A stretch of DNA of 62,873 bases, counting the filler, from Hausera hauseri (Eukaryota): the NCBI GenBank assembly GCA_046269625.1. It is 12 parts of 12 records of this genome, joined end to end, with 100 filler letters (N's around TTAATTAATTAA, not from the genome) between each part and the next. Parts side by side here need not be neighbours in the genome. Positions count along the whole stretch, not along the records: positions 1 to 4,211 come from JBJURY010698659.1; positions 4,312 to 9,431 come from JBJURY010329493.1; positions 9,532 to 14,828 come from JBJURY010286947.1; 9 more parts are not named here. One strand, 5' to 3'. Made by a program: the position numbers and the translations under genes. Below the pieces are notes generated by a model. That model had not been told where the DNA came from. It did no database searches and was given only the letters and a program-made list of their open reading frames with translations. How positions within the stretch are numbered: position 1 is the first letter of the stretch; every line of letters starts with the position of its first letter. This document shows positions 1 to 13,400 of this stretch, one piece after another.

Positions 1-2030
1 GTAAGAGAAAGATAAAAACCACTAGCCTGGTTTTTTTTAAGCACATCAGGAATAAGTTATTAAAATGACAAGACATAAACCTACAAGTGATAGTTCATTG
101 GCGGTTCACTATTAATACCTTGCTTTCAACAACAAAATGATACACATACAACACAATATCACAGTTTTATTAATTAAACTGAAATGAAACAAAAAAAAAA
201 AAACCATCAAATACTCAAAAAAAACAATCAAATACTTGTGTTTTCATTCATTCTTCATGTACACAACAAAAACACACTTTCTTGAAAGCCAGCACTATAT
301 ACATTTTATATGGTTACGGGAAAACACTTGCACTTTGAACAGCCTTTTAAAAACAAAACTAATGAAGAAAGTAAGAAGGAAAGAGAGGTTTCACCTGGGA
401 TGCTCTTGTAATGTTTATTAACAGCAACAATGTTTGTTCCAAGATGAATCCATTCAAAATGAGGAAAAAGAAAAAATGTTTCCGATAAACTCAATTGTTT
501 TGTACTCTGGCAAAACAACTGAAAATAATTTATTCATAGCAGAGATCCTATAAGCTTCAGTAGGAAGATAAAGTTCTCTAGAACATGTCTAGTACGGAGG
601 TGGGTCCGTATCTGAGGCTCCCCGCTGAGGTGGCATGTGTTTCAGCATGCTCCGTTTTGCTGATGCAGGATTTAATCCCCTCTCTCTACCCCCATGAGCA
701 GCAGATGAAGCCCTGCCTTGAATCACACTCACGCCACCCAGTGGTCCCAGATTGGGGCCATGAATGGCTACTGAATTCGAAACGGTGATTGGGCTACACA
801 TCTGGCGTGGGCTACCAGCGGTAACAGCACTACCCACATGGCCCCAAGAACCATCCCTGTGAGCCCCAGCTGACACAAGCCTAGCCCCCTGGCCTCCAGA
901 CACTTTCTCCACTGCTCCACCCACAGCTCTATCTGCTGTACAAGCACTCTGGTGCTTGGCATGTGACTCATTTGTATTTTTATTAGATCAAAGAAAGACG
1001 AAAAGCCTCTCATTAAGGAACCGACAAAACGAATAATAAGCAAAAGCTCTTCAAAAGAAGGCGGATATGGATCAGATACTTGTGAGTGATAGATAACGCA
1101 ACTTTTGTCTTCATTATTACTTTTTTTCAGCCGATAACAATCAGTATAGTGATGACACGTTTTCAAGGTAATATATTTTCAAAATGGACTGATGAATAAT
1201 CTACACATTTTTCTCCGTGAATAATATCCAAAATTATTTCATGTATCTGGTAGACTATTGTTAGGGCTGTGACTTTTTCGCGGTTAAGGATTTTTTCACC
1301 GAGAAATTTCGCGTTAAAAAAGTCTCAACCGCGACAATAATATGCGGAATTGCGTTGTCATTTTTGTTGCTTTGAGCAATCCGGCATTAAAGCAATACAA
1401 AATTGCAATTCGGGAAGTTTGAATGGAGGCGCGATTGTTGTGAATTGGCATCGTGCCGCTGTGTAAGCTCGTTGTAATGGTCCGTTTCCGAAAATCATCG
1501 GTAATTGTAAGAAATGTCATTTAGTTGATTTGATGAATTGGAACACGTTGAGTGGACAGTTGATGTTGGGATTTGGAAGGTAAATTAGTAAATCCATTTG
1601 GATATTTGACATAAAGGAATCCGTCTTTAATTTGCATTTCAGATTATTCGGTTTTAAAATTAATGAAAATGGGGTGGGGAGGGGGATAGTGCCTCGATTC
1701 CCATGGCAACGGTAACCATGCGCAGCATGTAGCGTGAAGTTTCATAGTTACGGACCCCGGGCGTGGTGTAGAAGCTCCATTTTCCTCTACTTATGGAAAG
1801 TCCTTTTCAGAGCGGTTACACCAATGCGTTCCGATATGGATTTGGCAACGTATTGAATGATTATGTAGATTCTGTTGAATATTGACGAGATTTATAATTG
1901 AAATGGAAAACCTAACGATTTAGTATTTAATGAATTCTCATTATGATTATCATTTTATATTTATTAAACTATATAGTTAATTATAATCAAATTAAGTAGG
2001 TCATCTACAAAATGATAATTGAACAGCCAC

Positions 2031-3976
2031 CTGATACGTAACACTGCATCTCGTTTGCCCTTTATTTCGTCACAGTATGATCCTTCCGCAAAATACTGAT
2101 ATATTTCCCTACAACACAATGAAACGTTAACACTTCGCCGAAATACCGAATTACATTCGCTCATCCACCGACTTATTAGGCCCTTTATCGGGATTGTTCT
2201 TCAACCACTGCAAATGCCGTTGTTCGTTCCAAACACCAAGGATTATCTCGGCAGTTTCTACGTGCATTTCCATGTGGTACTGTGATATTTTTCTGTTATA
2301 ACATACGCGGTGTCTCCACCAACCTTCCCCGCCGTCAACGCAGAACCGTCCCGACAGGAACTTTTGCAATAGCGAATCATCCGACGGGAAATGCGGTTTG
2401 GCAAAACTGTCCTTCGCTTTCACAGCGCCGTCCACGTGCCGCTGACGCTCGATTTGACTATCTGTTGGTTTCGGTACTTCTGATTTCGTCAGCTCCGGAT
2501 CTTCACCGTCTTCCGTTTTGGAATCGGGTTTCGGTACAGTTTTGATCCGGTACACGATGATATCATTCTCCTTGAATGCCTCTACCTGTAAAACATCGTC
2601 ATGCAATGAAATCTTTTTATGCATCTGTCCTACTTTAATCTGAGATCCAAAATTAAAATTATCGTTGAACAATCCATCTAGTGACGAAATCGAATTCACC
2701 TCTGACTTTATTTCTTCGTGCAAATCGGATAAGCTCTTTGGAACGGCTGGTGCACTATTTACAGGATAGCAGGCAATGTTGTTGACGAAGTTATCGGTAA
2801 TCTATTAGCCGGAATAATTTTTCGTGCACACAAACATACCTTGTATGCCGGATGGGCACACAGTAGCTTAGTGAAGATTACGGCCTGATACTGACACGTG
2901 CGCACCTCCTGAATGTCGTAAACTTCACCTCGACCCTCCGTCTGACACACGTACAAAATGTTAATTGATCGTGACTGACCGATCAGATCGCATTTCGTAC
3001 CATCTGTCATGTTCACCTTGAAATAAGGGAAATTCACTGAGTTAATTGATATTGTGGGAATCTGTTGTATCGTAAAGTACAATCGAGAAATCATTCAATC
3101 AACTTGTTTTTGTGTTTTCTTCACACTCTCAGTATCGGGTAGATAATCGACGGTCTCTGCTACAATATACTAAGTATGATATTCAAAGAAATAATATACT
3201 TTTCGTATTGTATAAACCCAGGAAATACTCCTGAATACTGGAGCTCTAAATATTATGGTATTAAAATAAATTCTGTATAGCACAATAAGCTAAATTTTAG
3301 ATTCTCCATTTTTAGCTGAAGTATTTTAATCCATAAAAAATTAGTCGGCACAATGCAAAATTCTGCTAAACATTTTTACTATAATAAATAAATATAAACT
3401 TAATGAAATTTATACACAATACAAAATATGAAAATTTCTTAGAATGTGCTTCTTCAATAGAAGATAAAAACACTAACGACAAAAGCTAACCAATTAAGGT
3501 AGTAAAAGTATCATTGATAGTTAGAAAATATCAACAAACATGTGTAAGTATTATAATTAAATCCAACTTATTATCCAAATTATATTTATTATCTATCTTT
3601 ACACGAAACACATTAATTCAATGAACAACCCACCTTTCCTTGAACAGATTCCTCATGAAATTGTCGAACATAGCGCCCATGGCAAATCTCATAACTCCAA
3701 TAACTTTCTACTTTTATCGAACAGAGTTTATTACTAAACAATAATTGCAACAATTCCAATTCTGTCGGACCTTTGTAACCTTCATCAAAACTATTATCAT
3801 ACTTTTCTTTTGGTTTGCTCGGTAAAACGCATTTGTATGATTCTTTTGTTTTCGAAACAAACGTCATTCCATTTGTTAAATCCTATATTTAATAAAAGAG
3901 TTTGACAAATATTTAGTAAACTTCGTTCAAAGCTTCATTGTGCCACGTGATACCGTACAAGATATCGTCATTTATG
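2031..3976 (-). CDS. ERLEC1: Multi-exon ER lectin with two MRH (PRKCSH) domains, erlectin/XTP3-B-like; signal-peptide exon and last exon not located
   Basis: Exons join to give INDDILYGITW...ESYKCVLP...CSIKVESYWSYEICHGRYVRQFHEE...EYFLG...MTDGTKCDL...EVRTCQY...LLCAHPAY (MRH1) and FLSGRFCVDGGEGWWRHRVCYNRKISQYH...LGVWN...GSYCDEIKGKR (MRH2). GT-AG introns include 2802-2839 and 2109-2154. Confidence 0.88.
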
Positions 3977-4211
3977 CTAAATTTGCAATTCACAATGCAG
4001 AAATGGAAAACAACTATAAAACAAAGATAAATCATGCGAAACAAAAAACAGAAAATCTTTGAATCTCAAAAAAGTATGACTACAGTGTTTATGATGTCTC
4101 TCAAGAGTAGAAAATATAAACAAATTGAAGGAGTGGACTGAAATATTTAAAAATAAATACAATACGCACACAATCACGTGAATGTGTGCATAAATAATTT
4201 AATATTAAAAC

Positions 4212-4311
4212 NNNNNNNNNNNNNNNNNNNNNNNNNNNNNNNNNNNNNNNNNNNNTTAATTAATTAANNNNNNNNNNNNNNNNNNNNNNNNNNNNNNNNN
4301 NNNNNNNNNNN
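4212..4311. other. Artificial contig spacer (N44-TTAATTAATTAA-N44), first of 11
   Basis: Identical 100-nt all-frame-stop linker also at 9432-9531, 14829-14928, 19237-19336, 24857-24956, 31312-31411, 35538-35637, 40407-40506, 45741-45840, 49835-49934 and 53881-53980. Adjacency across these spacers is not biological. Confidence 0.98.
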
Positions 4312-4604
4312 ATAGAAAGCCCAAGTATAAAATTGGTGATTATGTTCGAATCAGTAAAGCAAGCACAACACCTTTTATCAAGAACTTTGATAATAATTGG
4401 AGTGATGAGGTGTTTCGAATAAGTAGAATTAATACGAGGCAAATGCCTGTGATGTATGATATAACAGATGATGATGATGAAATTGTTCGGGTGGAGAAAA
4501 TCATCAGATCCAAAGGAAAAGGAAAAGGCAAACAGCATCTTGTCAAGTGGCATGGGCATAAGAATCCAAGATGGATACTTGATACGAATATAAATAGTCC
4601 TGAT
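4312..4604 (+). pseudogene. C-terminal fragment of a Polinton/Maverick integrase with chromodomain
   Basis: PKYKIGDYVRISK...KNFDNNWSDEVFRI...PVMYDI resembles the Maverick integrase C-terminal motif. VEKIIRSKGKGKGKQHLVKWHG...W is chromodomain-like. The fragment is internally deleted and ends at an LTR. Confidence 0.8.
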
Positions 4605-4836
4605 TGTGAGGAGGAATTTAAACGGATATTAATGTTTAAATTTAATTCAAAATTAATTCAATAAGGAGCCAATATAAATTCAGGAAATTCAAAACAGGGT
4701 GAATAGAAGAATCATTTAATGATTGAAGGATATAATTGTTATACAAACTCTTATAATAAATATCTTATGCATAATTCAATCTTACAATCATCGAATGACA
4801 TTGGGGTCGGAATGGTAGAGACGCAATCTACTAACA
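4605..4836 (+). mobile_element. 232-bp LTR (solo or orphan), same family as the LTR at 52274-52505
   Basis: TG...CA termini. Colinear with 52274-52505 and the same length (shared GGAGGAATTTAAACGGATATTAATGTTTAAATT...ATGGTAGAGAC). No matching TSD seen. Confidence 0.82.
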
Positions 4837-5010
4837 ATCACATCTAAAATTTTAGTCATTTTTAAAAAATTAAATTAAAGTGTTAAATGAAAGTTATTGC
4901 TAATTAGGAAACTAAAAACAAAATAATCACAATTTTAAACAATTTATTTAATTTTATACAATATTTAGGACGATCCAATGTTCTGATCAGATATTATTTT
5001 ATCATTATTC

Positions 5011-5553
5011 TTATATTTCCAATTTCCTTGGCTTCTTTAATTTGCGTCGTGTCTTCCTTATTTCACTTGAAACTACAGTTGAATCATTTTGTTCGTTGCA
5101 TAAACTTTGACATTTGTATTCTGGAAAATCACCAATTTTTCCATCATTTTCAATTTGCATTGTCACAATCTCACTTTCTTCATTTGCCGTCAATTTTTGA
5201 TTTCTGGAATATCTCATTTTCTCTATATTCATTTCTGCAGTATGAACTGTTTCTATTTCATCCATTGTTGAATTGCCCATGTTGACTTTCTCTCTTTCAT
5301 TTGCATTTTTATCGGAACAATAATTCTCTTTCATTTCAAAATCACCAGAATCAGTATACTCAACAATGACGTACTGATTTTTGAATTTGTCGAATTTAAA
5401 TTTCATTTTCAGCATCTTCAATAACCTTTGCAGTTTTTTATGAATTGTTGAAGTTATTCTTCCACATGAGGAAAATTTTGACAATAAAATATTTTTACGA
5501 ATTTTGTTGGTTTCATTTTTTAACAAAAAATGTTGTTCATAAAAATTAATCAT
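5011..5553 (-). CDS. Hypothetical charged protein, possibly a terminal exon
   Basis: 180-codon ORF in very AT-rich DNA with an acidic middle and basic C-terminus. No family recognised. Confidence 0.3.
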   Translation of the reverse strand: MINFYEQHFLLKNETNKIRKNILLSKFSSCGRITSTIHKKLQRLLKMLKMKFKFDKFKNQYVIVEYTDSGDFEMKENYCSDKNANEREKVNMGNSTMDEIETVHTAEMNIEKMRYSRNQKLTANEESEIVTMQIENDGKIGDFPEYKCQSLCNEQNDSTVVSSEIRKTRRKLKKPRKLEI

Positions 5554-6150
5554 TGAAAAATATCACAATAAAAAGTAAAATTACATTAATTTAATTGTTT
5601 CATTTCAATTGTACAACAGAAAATGAAATTGTTCGCATCTATAATTTTGATATTGTACGAAACCGTGAAAATTTAGTTTTATCGGCAATTATTCGTTCGG
5701 AATTGAAAATCGTGGCTAATTTTTTAATCTGAAGTTCCTTCAAATGTTTCAATTTTGAAAATTATGAATTGAACAAACAATTATAACTATTGATTTATAG
5801 TCGAAATGTTGAGCATTTTCTTTACTATTGTATGGAGTTTATAGTTTTATTTTTCAACATTTAGCCTTATATTGAATTTACTCAGCAGCCTTTTCCACGA
5901 AAATATAATTTATTACGTTAAGTTATTGAGATTTTCAACTTTTGCATTCAAGTACACATATCTTATATAGTTTTATTTGAGGCATTTTGTTTTAGTGTTT
6001 CAATGTAATTAGAGTGGAAACAGTAGAAATTTATTGGAAAAAATTTGAATGAAAGTTTATTGGTATATGAAGTTTTGAATTTATTGAACAGTATTTAGTC
6101 CTATCTTTTGATGATGATGAAGGAAAATCCGGCAGTTGTATGTCAACCCT

Positions 6151-6237
6151 ACCAATACAAGCAGTCATTAATTCTAATCGGAGTATGGCAATAGGTTTCA
6201 CAAGCGTTACTTTGCCTTTCGAACAGTTAAATGTCAT
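6151..6237 (-). pseudogene. Tiny BEL/Pao retrotransposon pol remnant
   Basis: SKGKVTLVKPIAILRLELMTACIG resembles the Pao RNase H-region motif (S/A)KSRVAP-x-K-x2-(S/T)IPRLEL-x-AA-x2-G. Confidence 0.55.
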
Positions 6238-7628
6238 TTTTCATCTTCTGCCATTGTTCTCATTGAAGGAAAATGAAACATTTTTCTAATTTAAGCAAGT
6301 CTTTTCAATATTTTGAAATCAAATTTTATCGACGAAAATGAATTAACGCAGCTGAAATTTTGGTAGAAATTTCATAGCACTGATATCCACATAGATGACA
6401 AATTTTATTGAAATCTGCCGATTCCTATTTCACATCCCAATAGCGTTAGTGAGAAATGCATTCGTCTAATTAATAATCGCATCTTCTCATGTATTTCACT
6501 TTGACTATGCACCTGAGTGACCACAAAAATGTGTTAAATATTCAATGGATATTTTTATTTCGGCAGAACATGAAGGAAACTAAATAAATCGAATATTAGA
6601 AGAACATTCTTTCAAGAGAAAGTGAAAATTTTGTCAAAATTCTATTTATTTCAATATTCCTAAACGTTATTTTGTCTTCGTTGGCAAACAATTTTTCATA
6701 TCCATTAGTCAACATTATATTTTGCACATCTCTCTGACTATTTGCTATAAAAACCCCAATTTTCAGTAAATTTCGTTTCCTGATAAATAATATCAAATAA
6801 AATTTTCAGTACTACAACAATAACATGCAAAAATCCTTTTCTCAATTCGTGATAAATATTTATTTTAAATACGACTGCCACGGCTGGTATTAATTATAAA
6901 TTGACAGAAAAACTTCAAAGAATTTTGCTACAAAGTGTTATTTATTTATGACATTCAGAGAAAATTTCATTCAATACGTAGAACTTAAATTTTTGATTTA
7001 AATATCGTTTTAAAAATGTATTGATTATTTTAAACTTATTTAATTTACTGTTCATTAATATCTTGTAATGAATGGATTGTTTTCTGTAATGAGAGTACAT
7101 TATCATAGATGGCAGTACAGTGAAATAAATGAGTTCGAAAATAAAATCATGCGATTTTCCCTACCACCGAAATGTCTTGCTACGTTTTATGAACAATTTC
7201 TGAACAAGCAGTGGGGTGCCTAGTCTTTTCTTGGGGGAGGGGCTTGTTTAATAGTTGTATAAGGGTTTCCCTTGTTGAATGTCACTTTGGCTTACATAGT
7301 TCCCGATATAAATTTTACTTAATTCGCATATTATTGAAGTTTAAATTAAAAATATTCTAATTTATAAATTTGAATATTTTGTTGATTAAATGAATTATCA
7401 CATTTAAAATTTTAGTCATATTTTTAAAAAATTAAATTAAATTGTTAATTGAAAATTATTGCTAGTAAGAGAACTAGAAGATTCCATATCAATTTATTAT
7501 TCTAATATTACAGTGACATTATTTAAACAAATTATCACATTTTCTAACTCAAAGAAAAATTTAAATAACACTGGAAACTGATGTAACACACACAGTATTT
7601 AGATCAACATCAATTGAAGTGGATTTGT

Positions 7629-8180
7629 TCATTTTTTTTGGTGAATCACAGTTAAGCTCTTTTAGAATTTGATTTAATTCATCTTCACTAATCATTGCTC
7701 GACTTAAATTGTCTTAAAATTAAATAAAACTTTGTACAAACTGTCTTCTTCGATATGATGATAAAGCATTGTGGACTTTAATAATTTGTAAATTTCACCA
7801 ATTTTGGCTCTTCTTGGTTTCAGCTCGTAGCATTTCCCACAGGTCGACGATACGATAACATCGTTAAACGTATAATTCTCTTTATTGAAATCGTTATCGT
7901 TGTACATTTGAAAACTGGGAACAAACAACAAGGTATTCGATGTTTCCGTTTCTAGAATTTCATTATTGTTGGAATTTGTACGCAAAATGAAATCGTTGTT
8001 ATGAATAGATTTTATGTTGAATGATACAGACTTCGTGTTTTTAATGGAAGTCAAATAGGCCATAACGTCTTTATTTAGCGTAAAAATACTGTGTGTCTTT
8101 CTTAAAATCTTCACTAAATTTAGCATTGTGAATTGTTTTAAAAAATGCATTCTAAATAACAGTATTTCATTACTAAGCAT
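7629..8180 (-). CDS. DSCC1: DCC1 (CTF18-RFC subunit)-like protein, N-terminal part only; truncated or degenerate
   Basis: FILRTNS...ETETSNTLLFVP and YELKPRRAKIGEIYKLL resemble DCC1 AVLC...(A/E)xTSNxLLxxP and YxELRxxRPKLxKLxxLL. A putative next exon reads AMISEDELNQILKELNC and stops at 7629-7631. Confidence 0.6.
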
Positions 8181-9729
8181 TCCTAAGGGGGGTATAAATA
8201 CTTTATAGTTTATACACTATATGCCCCAAGATGTGCATACATTTATTACCAGATTCTTGTTTTTTACATTTAAATTTAAATGCCAGGAGCTCACAGATTT
8301 TATGGTGAATCTAGTTTGTTTTTTGTGAGAGAATCTGAAGTTCAGATTTGCTTCTGAAAAATGTGAAAATCTGGATAAGAAGAATGGTAATAAAATGGGC
8401 TGCTTAAGAGTTGTATAGGTTGTAAATGTTATGCAGTAAAATTTGGTTTGATTTACTTTACAACTGTCATTAAAGAACAATAAGTGTGTAAGACGTTATG
8501 ATACATTTATTAATAATAAAATGTGAGACTAACTTGTTTAACAAAATACATTAAACATTATGCACAATACATTTATTTAACAACACATTTTTAAACGTTT
8601 TTCTCCGAGTCAGAATCTAACCAATTATTATCACCAACTTTACAGAGGTTAGTAATGAAGGTGATTGTTAGTGGTCTACCGTCAGCATTATAAATGACCA
8701 CTCTGCCAATTTGCTTTTTACAATCAGGATATTGAGTCTTTCCCAAATTGATAAAGCAATTGATACAATGCAGATGAGTAGGATTGTAACGGCCGCATAC
8801 GTGTACATAATATCCTGCGGAAATTTGGGAACAAATAGGTCATTCATCATTTCTCAGTTTTTTCAATTTCAGAATTGAGCATTTTGAAAGACACTTCCCA
8901 TTGCAATTAAAAATTTCCACTTGGTCATTTTCATGTTGACAAATTGGACATGACCGTTTGTATTTTGTCTAATCTACAAAACAGTTGACGCAGTAATGGT
9001 GGATGCACCCAACCATACTTATACTGTAGGAATTACATTTTTCTAAGCATATGGAGCAGAACATGATTATGAAAGAAGAAATTATTAGTCTTTAATATAT
9101 CTTATATAGTAATATCTATGCAATAAAAATTAAGGCATTTGTGTAGCCAATGGAAATCAAGCATGTTCGTGTGTAATACAATATTCTATTTCATGGTCAG
9201 TATAAATAAGTGTACATGTTCTAAGAAATTTATTTCCAACACAATAACAAATGCAGCAGTACATCGAATGCGAAATACAAAGTTTGGCTGATGACATAAT
9301 GACAGGCACTTTATGGATCGATAGTGCACAGTGTGCACTATCGATCGGCACATGTGCAAAATCGATTTATTGATTACCCCTCCCCCCGGGGGCTAGAACC
9401 GCCATTTTCCCCCTACTTGCAGGCAATGTTANNNNNNNNNNNNNNNNNNNNNNNNNNNNNNNNNNNNNNNNNNNNTTAATTAATTAANNNNNNNNNNNNN
9501 NNNNNNNNNNNNNNNNNNNNNNNNNNNNNNNTGCTATATAAAAATTGTACACGTTTATTACGAACGACTTCTTCAATAACGGAACGTTGGCTTCATTGAC
9601 GTGGAGGCAATTTGTATCACTGTGATATGAGACAATACTCACAAAGTAAATGTCTGTTGTTTACAATGAAAACAAACCTTTGATATAAATATGAATGCAA
9701 TTTCAGTTCACGTCTGTCTTTTTTAAACA

Positions 9730-10125
9730 ATGTCTTTGGTGGAAAACAATTCAGCAGGTGGTGACAGTCTTTCAAAAAAGCCACGGTTCAGCAAATATTT
9801 GCTCAGAAATTTTCGGTTATATAATGGATACAACTTACATTATCTGCTCAACGCTATTCAATTGCCATTGACGCAAACGGTCAAAATCAAACCGGTGAAA
9901 TATGGTCGATTTGCGAAAAAGATCAGCGATGATGATCTGAATAAGATGGAAGACACAATTAGAAAAGTTGGCAGTGATTTGGCGTTGAGTAACGATATGC
10001 GAGATACATCGTCGATTTTTTTCAAAGGAAATATGACGAAAATTGCCAGTTCGCATGGTGGAGAAACCGCAGCAGCAGCAGCAAAAAAGCAGTTTTGCCA
10101 CAGAAAGGAGCTACAGGCCGTCTAA
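9730..10125 (+). CDS. Hypothetical protein convergent with Polinton PolB; likely an element gene
   Basis: Intronless 131-aa ORF. TATAAA at ~9684 and TCAGTT at ~9703 lie upstream. AATAAA-type signals occur on both strands between this ORF and the PolB stop. Confidence 0.4.
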   Translation: MSLVENNSAGGDSLSKKPRFSKYLLRNFRLYNGYNLHYLLNAIQLPLTQTVKIKPVKYGRFAKKISDDDLNKMEDTIRKVGSDLALSNDMRDTSSIFFKGNMTKIASSHGGETAAAAAKKQFCHRKELQAV

Positions 10126-10438
10126 CACTGAAGTTGAAAGGATGCAAAGATCTACACGGCGTTAAATCNNNNNNNNNNAGTTGAAAAGTTTACGCTGATT
10201 TGACTTACATTGTTTTTGGTTTTAGCTTATGATGATTAATAAATTTTATTGGTTTTGTTTTCTGTTTTTCATGTTGTTTTTCGTCACATTAATTTAAATA
10301 TAAAGGTACAATAATTCATAATAAAATAATAAAACAAAAGGCAAAACAATGAACATTATACATTATTTATAAAGCACAGTTCACACAAAATGTCTGCATC
10401 GATTTCATTTGTGCGTGTATGCGTGTGTATGTTTTATT

Positions 10439-13400
10439 TCAAACACTAATGTCCGTTCGCCAAACTTTTATTCCACCCACCCAATTTCTCTTGTCATCAT
10501 TGCATGACAAAACAACCTTTTTATTTGTGATGTTATACAGTTGGTACTCAATCAATCGTATGGTCGTTTGAGACAGAACAGCCTTTCCTTCTTCTTCTTG
10601 TCCATCACAGACACGGCGATAATCACCGTGACTTATTTCCGTCTGTTTCAGCTGGATGCCTTTTGCCCGCATTTTCGGCCCACAGTCCGTCAGAAGACTG
10701 CAGCATTTTGGGCACAAAAATATCCATTCCCTGTATTGAACCCGGCTTTCACTTTCGTCCTTAAAGCAGCCGATTTTGTTTGTTATAGCGCTGCTGTACA
10801 GAGAATGGTTCTGTGGGTAGTTGGATGTGTCCAGTAGTCAATCTGACATAACTTTTCGGAACAACTGGTTTTGATTGATGTTTTTTAGCGCAAAGAACTG
10901 CTGTCTATGTCACCGGCAAGGATACTGATCGTACAGCCGTCGAACATTTGCCGGTAACGTGCCAAGTGGCGATACTGGAGCTTGTACATTCGCAACTTGC
11001 TCAGGTCCAATACCACTTGTCCGATGTAACTTGGCCGGTCCAGAACGACTTCTTTCAGGTTTAACAGCACCGCAACCAATCCATCGACAATGTGTATGTA
11101 CCGCATGAACTTAGCCTTGTTGGTGTATGTAAGCAGTCGCTTTTCGTTGTTGCACAAGCGCACATTGAGCCGCTTCTTCAGATTCTCCACTGTTTTCCCG
11201 TACAGTGAATTATTTTTGAGCCTGTAATAGTCCTTTTCAAACTTTTAACAAGCTGCGGCTAGTTTCTCTGAATTTTCATCAGTGTACGCCTTGAATATCA
11301 GCGCCTGATTGAAGCGGATTGCACGATGCGGCTATGTGAGGCGTACACCGAGTTGCATGTAAAACTGCAGTAGACGCCAATGAACCACGTAATTCGATTT
11401 GGGTTCATGCGTCATAAGCAGTTTTCATTACTTTTAAGCCGGGCGGACATTGACTGATTGGTGCCACGGATAATTCGTACAGAGCGTCATGTAGTTCATC
11501 TGGTACCAAAAGAATGACTTCCACTAGGCAGCCGACTGAGCTGCTTTCTGTCGCGTTTGCTGCTGCTGCTGGCAGACTGTCCAGCAATGTACCCAGTTCT
11601 TGTTTGTCCATTATCTATTCAAATGAACCGTACGGCAAGGGTTATGAAAGCGCCCAGCCGTACAGGTTATTAATGTCAATATACAACATTGATGTGTTAT
11701 CATCATCACTGGTTACGTGATGCTTGTTTACAAATGTCATGCCACCACGCATAGCAACATCAAATATTCAGTACATTTCCTGGTCTTGCAACAACTCAAT
11801 TTCCCTGTCCAGCGACATTAATGCCGATGCCGATATTGTTTCCGTCATGTTATTTCAGTTAATTTAATAATTTTGGATAGATATTTGTCTTCAAGAACCC
11901 GATCAACTTTATTGGGTTATAGAAATTGCGACCATTTTGTTAGTTGTATTTGTATATAATTTGTTGTTGTTCGGTAATATCCACGACTCAAAATCCGCCA
12001 GATAACGATGTCAAAAACGACAAGTAACAAATTCCCAAAATCAAAATTTCCAAGACAAATAGATCAACCGATTGAAATTATTCAGAATACGTTTATTGAA
12101 CGCACCAATTCCAAGATAAATAGCTATTAAAATCGGAAACAACAATATTCAAGATTTCAATGTCTAAATAATTGATGTATTTAAAAATTACAAATTGCGT
12201 GTATTCCGTATTTTATATATTTAAACAAAGAGTATCTCAAACGCACACAATTGTTTTTTGTGAAGCAATGTGTGCACCACAGCCCAACTCATCGCCGGTA
12301 TGGAGTAAAAGTTTAGCGGCTCCAGCCTATCTTCTGACAACTCCTTAGCAAGAAATGTCTGAAACACATCAGCTAACAAGTACACGTCTAGTTTTAGGTA
12401 CTGGAACATGCACTCCAACATGTTTCTGCAGCCGAGCTTTGTCCAGGCTTCCTGTGCTTTGTGATATTCTTCTTCTCTCATACCGGGCCATTGTGGCAGC
12501 AATTCATCTGTTGTCTGACGCCGCTTGTACGATATCGCAAATACATACGGGAATGTGCCTTTGCAACGTGCAATAGGTGTGGGGAACGAGTCAATGTTAG
12601 CGGAACATCTGGCAAGGCATTTACCAGCTTTCCTAGAAACTCATTGAGGAACTGCAATGAGTCAAGAAACCGTACCTGGAACCGGTTAATACGAGCAGAC
12701 AGTGACAGATGTTTTTCTATCGTTGTTGGAATTATGAATAGTTCCCAGAGCGGAAATACGTTTATGGCACATTTCAAAATATGGTGACAATCATAACCCC
12801 GGAAGTTATGAAAAATCACGGCAGGAATGGCGGCACACGCCTTTCCAAATTGCACGAATTGCATTCTGCTCCGACTTATCGACCGTTAAAATGGTCGTGA
12901 TCCGATACGAGCCGTTCCGGTGCGTCGAACGGTAATATTCTGTGGTACAAGTAACATTCATCTGTAACGGCCAACGTCCGGCGTTCATCCTCATCTGTCC
13001 AAATCAATGGTTTATTGCTATTTCTACTGCACCAGGGTGCGATTTACATTTCTACTATTGTTTCCAACTGTTGCAGGTAATTACGTACACAGTTCCAGCC
13101 ATATAAAACGGAATATTGTGGTTGACCTGCGGTTTTTATTGGGACAACCAACATACTGACGGCGATTGGAACATGCTTTTGGTCGTAGATATTGTGCCGT
13201 GGTAAAATTGCCTCTATATCGGCATATACCACATATGCCGGACTGTCGGTTTTTGACCAGTCACTGAATTTCAGTTCCTTTTTGACGGGCATGACATACA
13301 CTGTTGTTCCCGATTAATTTTGTCTGCATAGTGTCCCATGTTTTTCCCATGTTGTTTCCGATCTGAATCCATGCAGACATATAGGACACCATTGACAACG

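Noticed and set aside
1000-2000. Final ERLEC1 exon or a separate gene
   Set aside because: No EPxxCxY-type motif or coherent spliced frame found by eye.
4256-4267. Recurrent TTAATTAATTAA between N-runs as a biological repeat or array
   Set aside because: It is an artificial all-frame-stop linker. ORFs that run into it (e.g. 4260-4559, 14873-15079) have artefactual ends.
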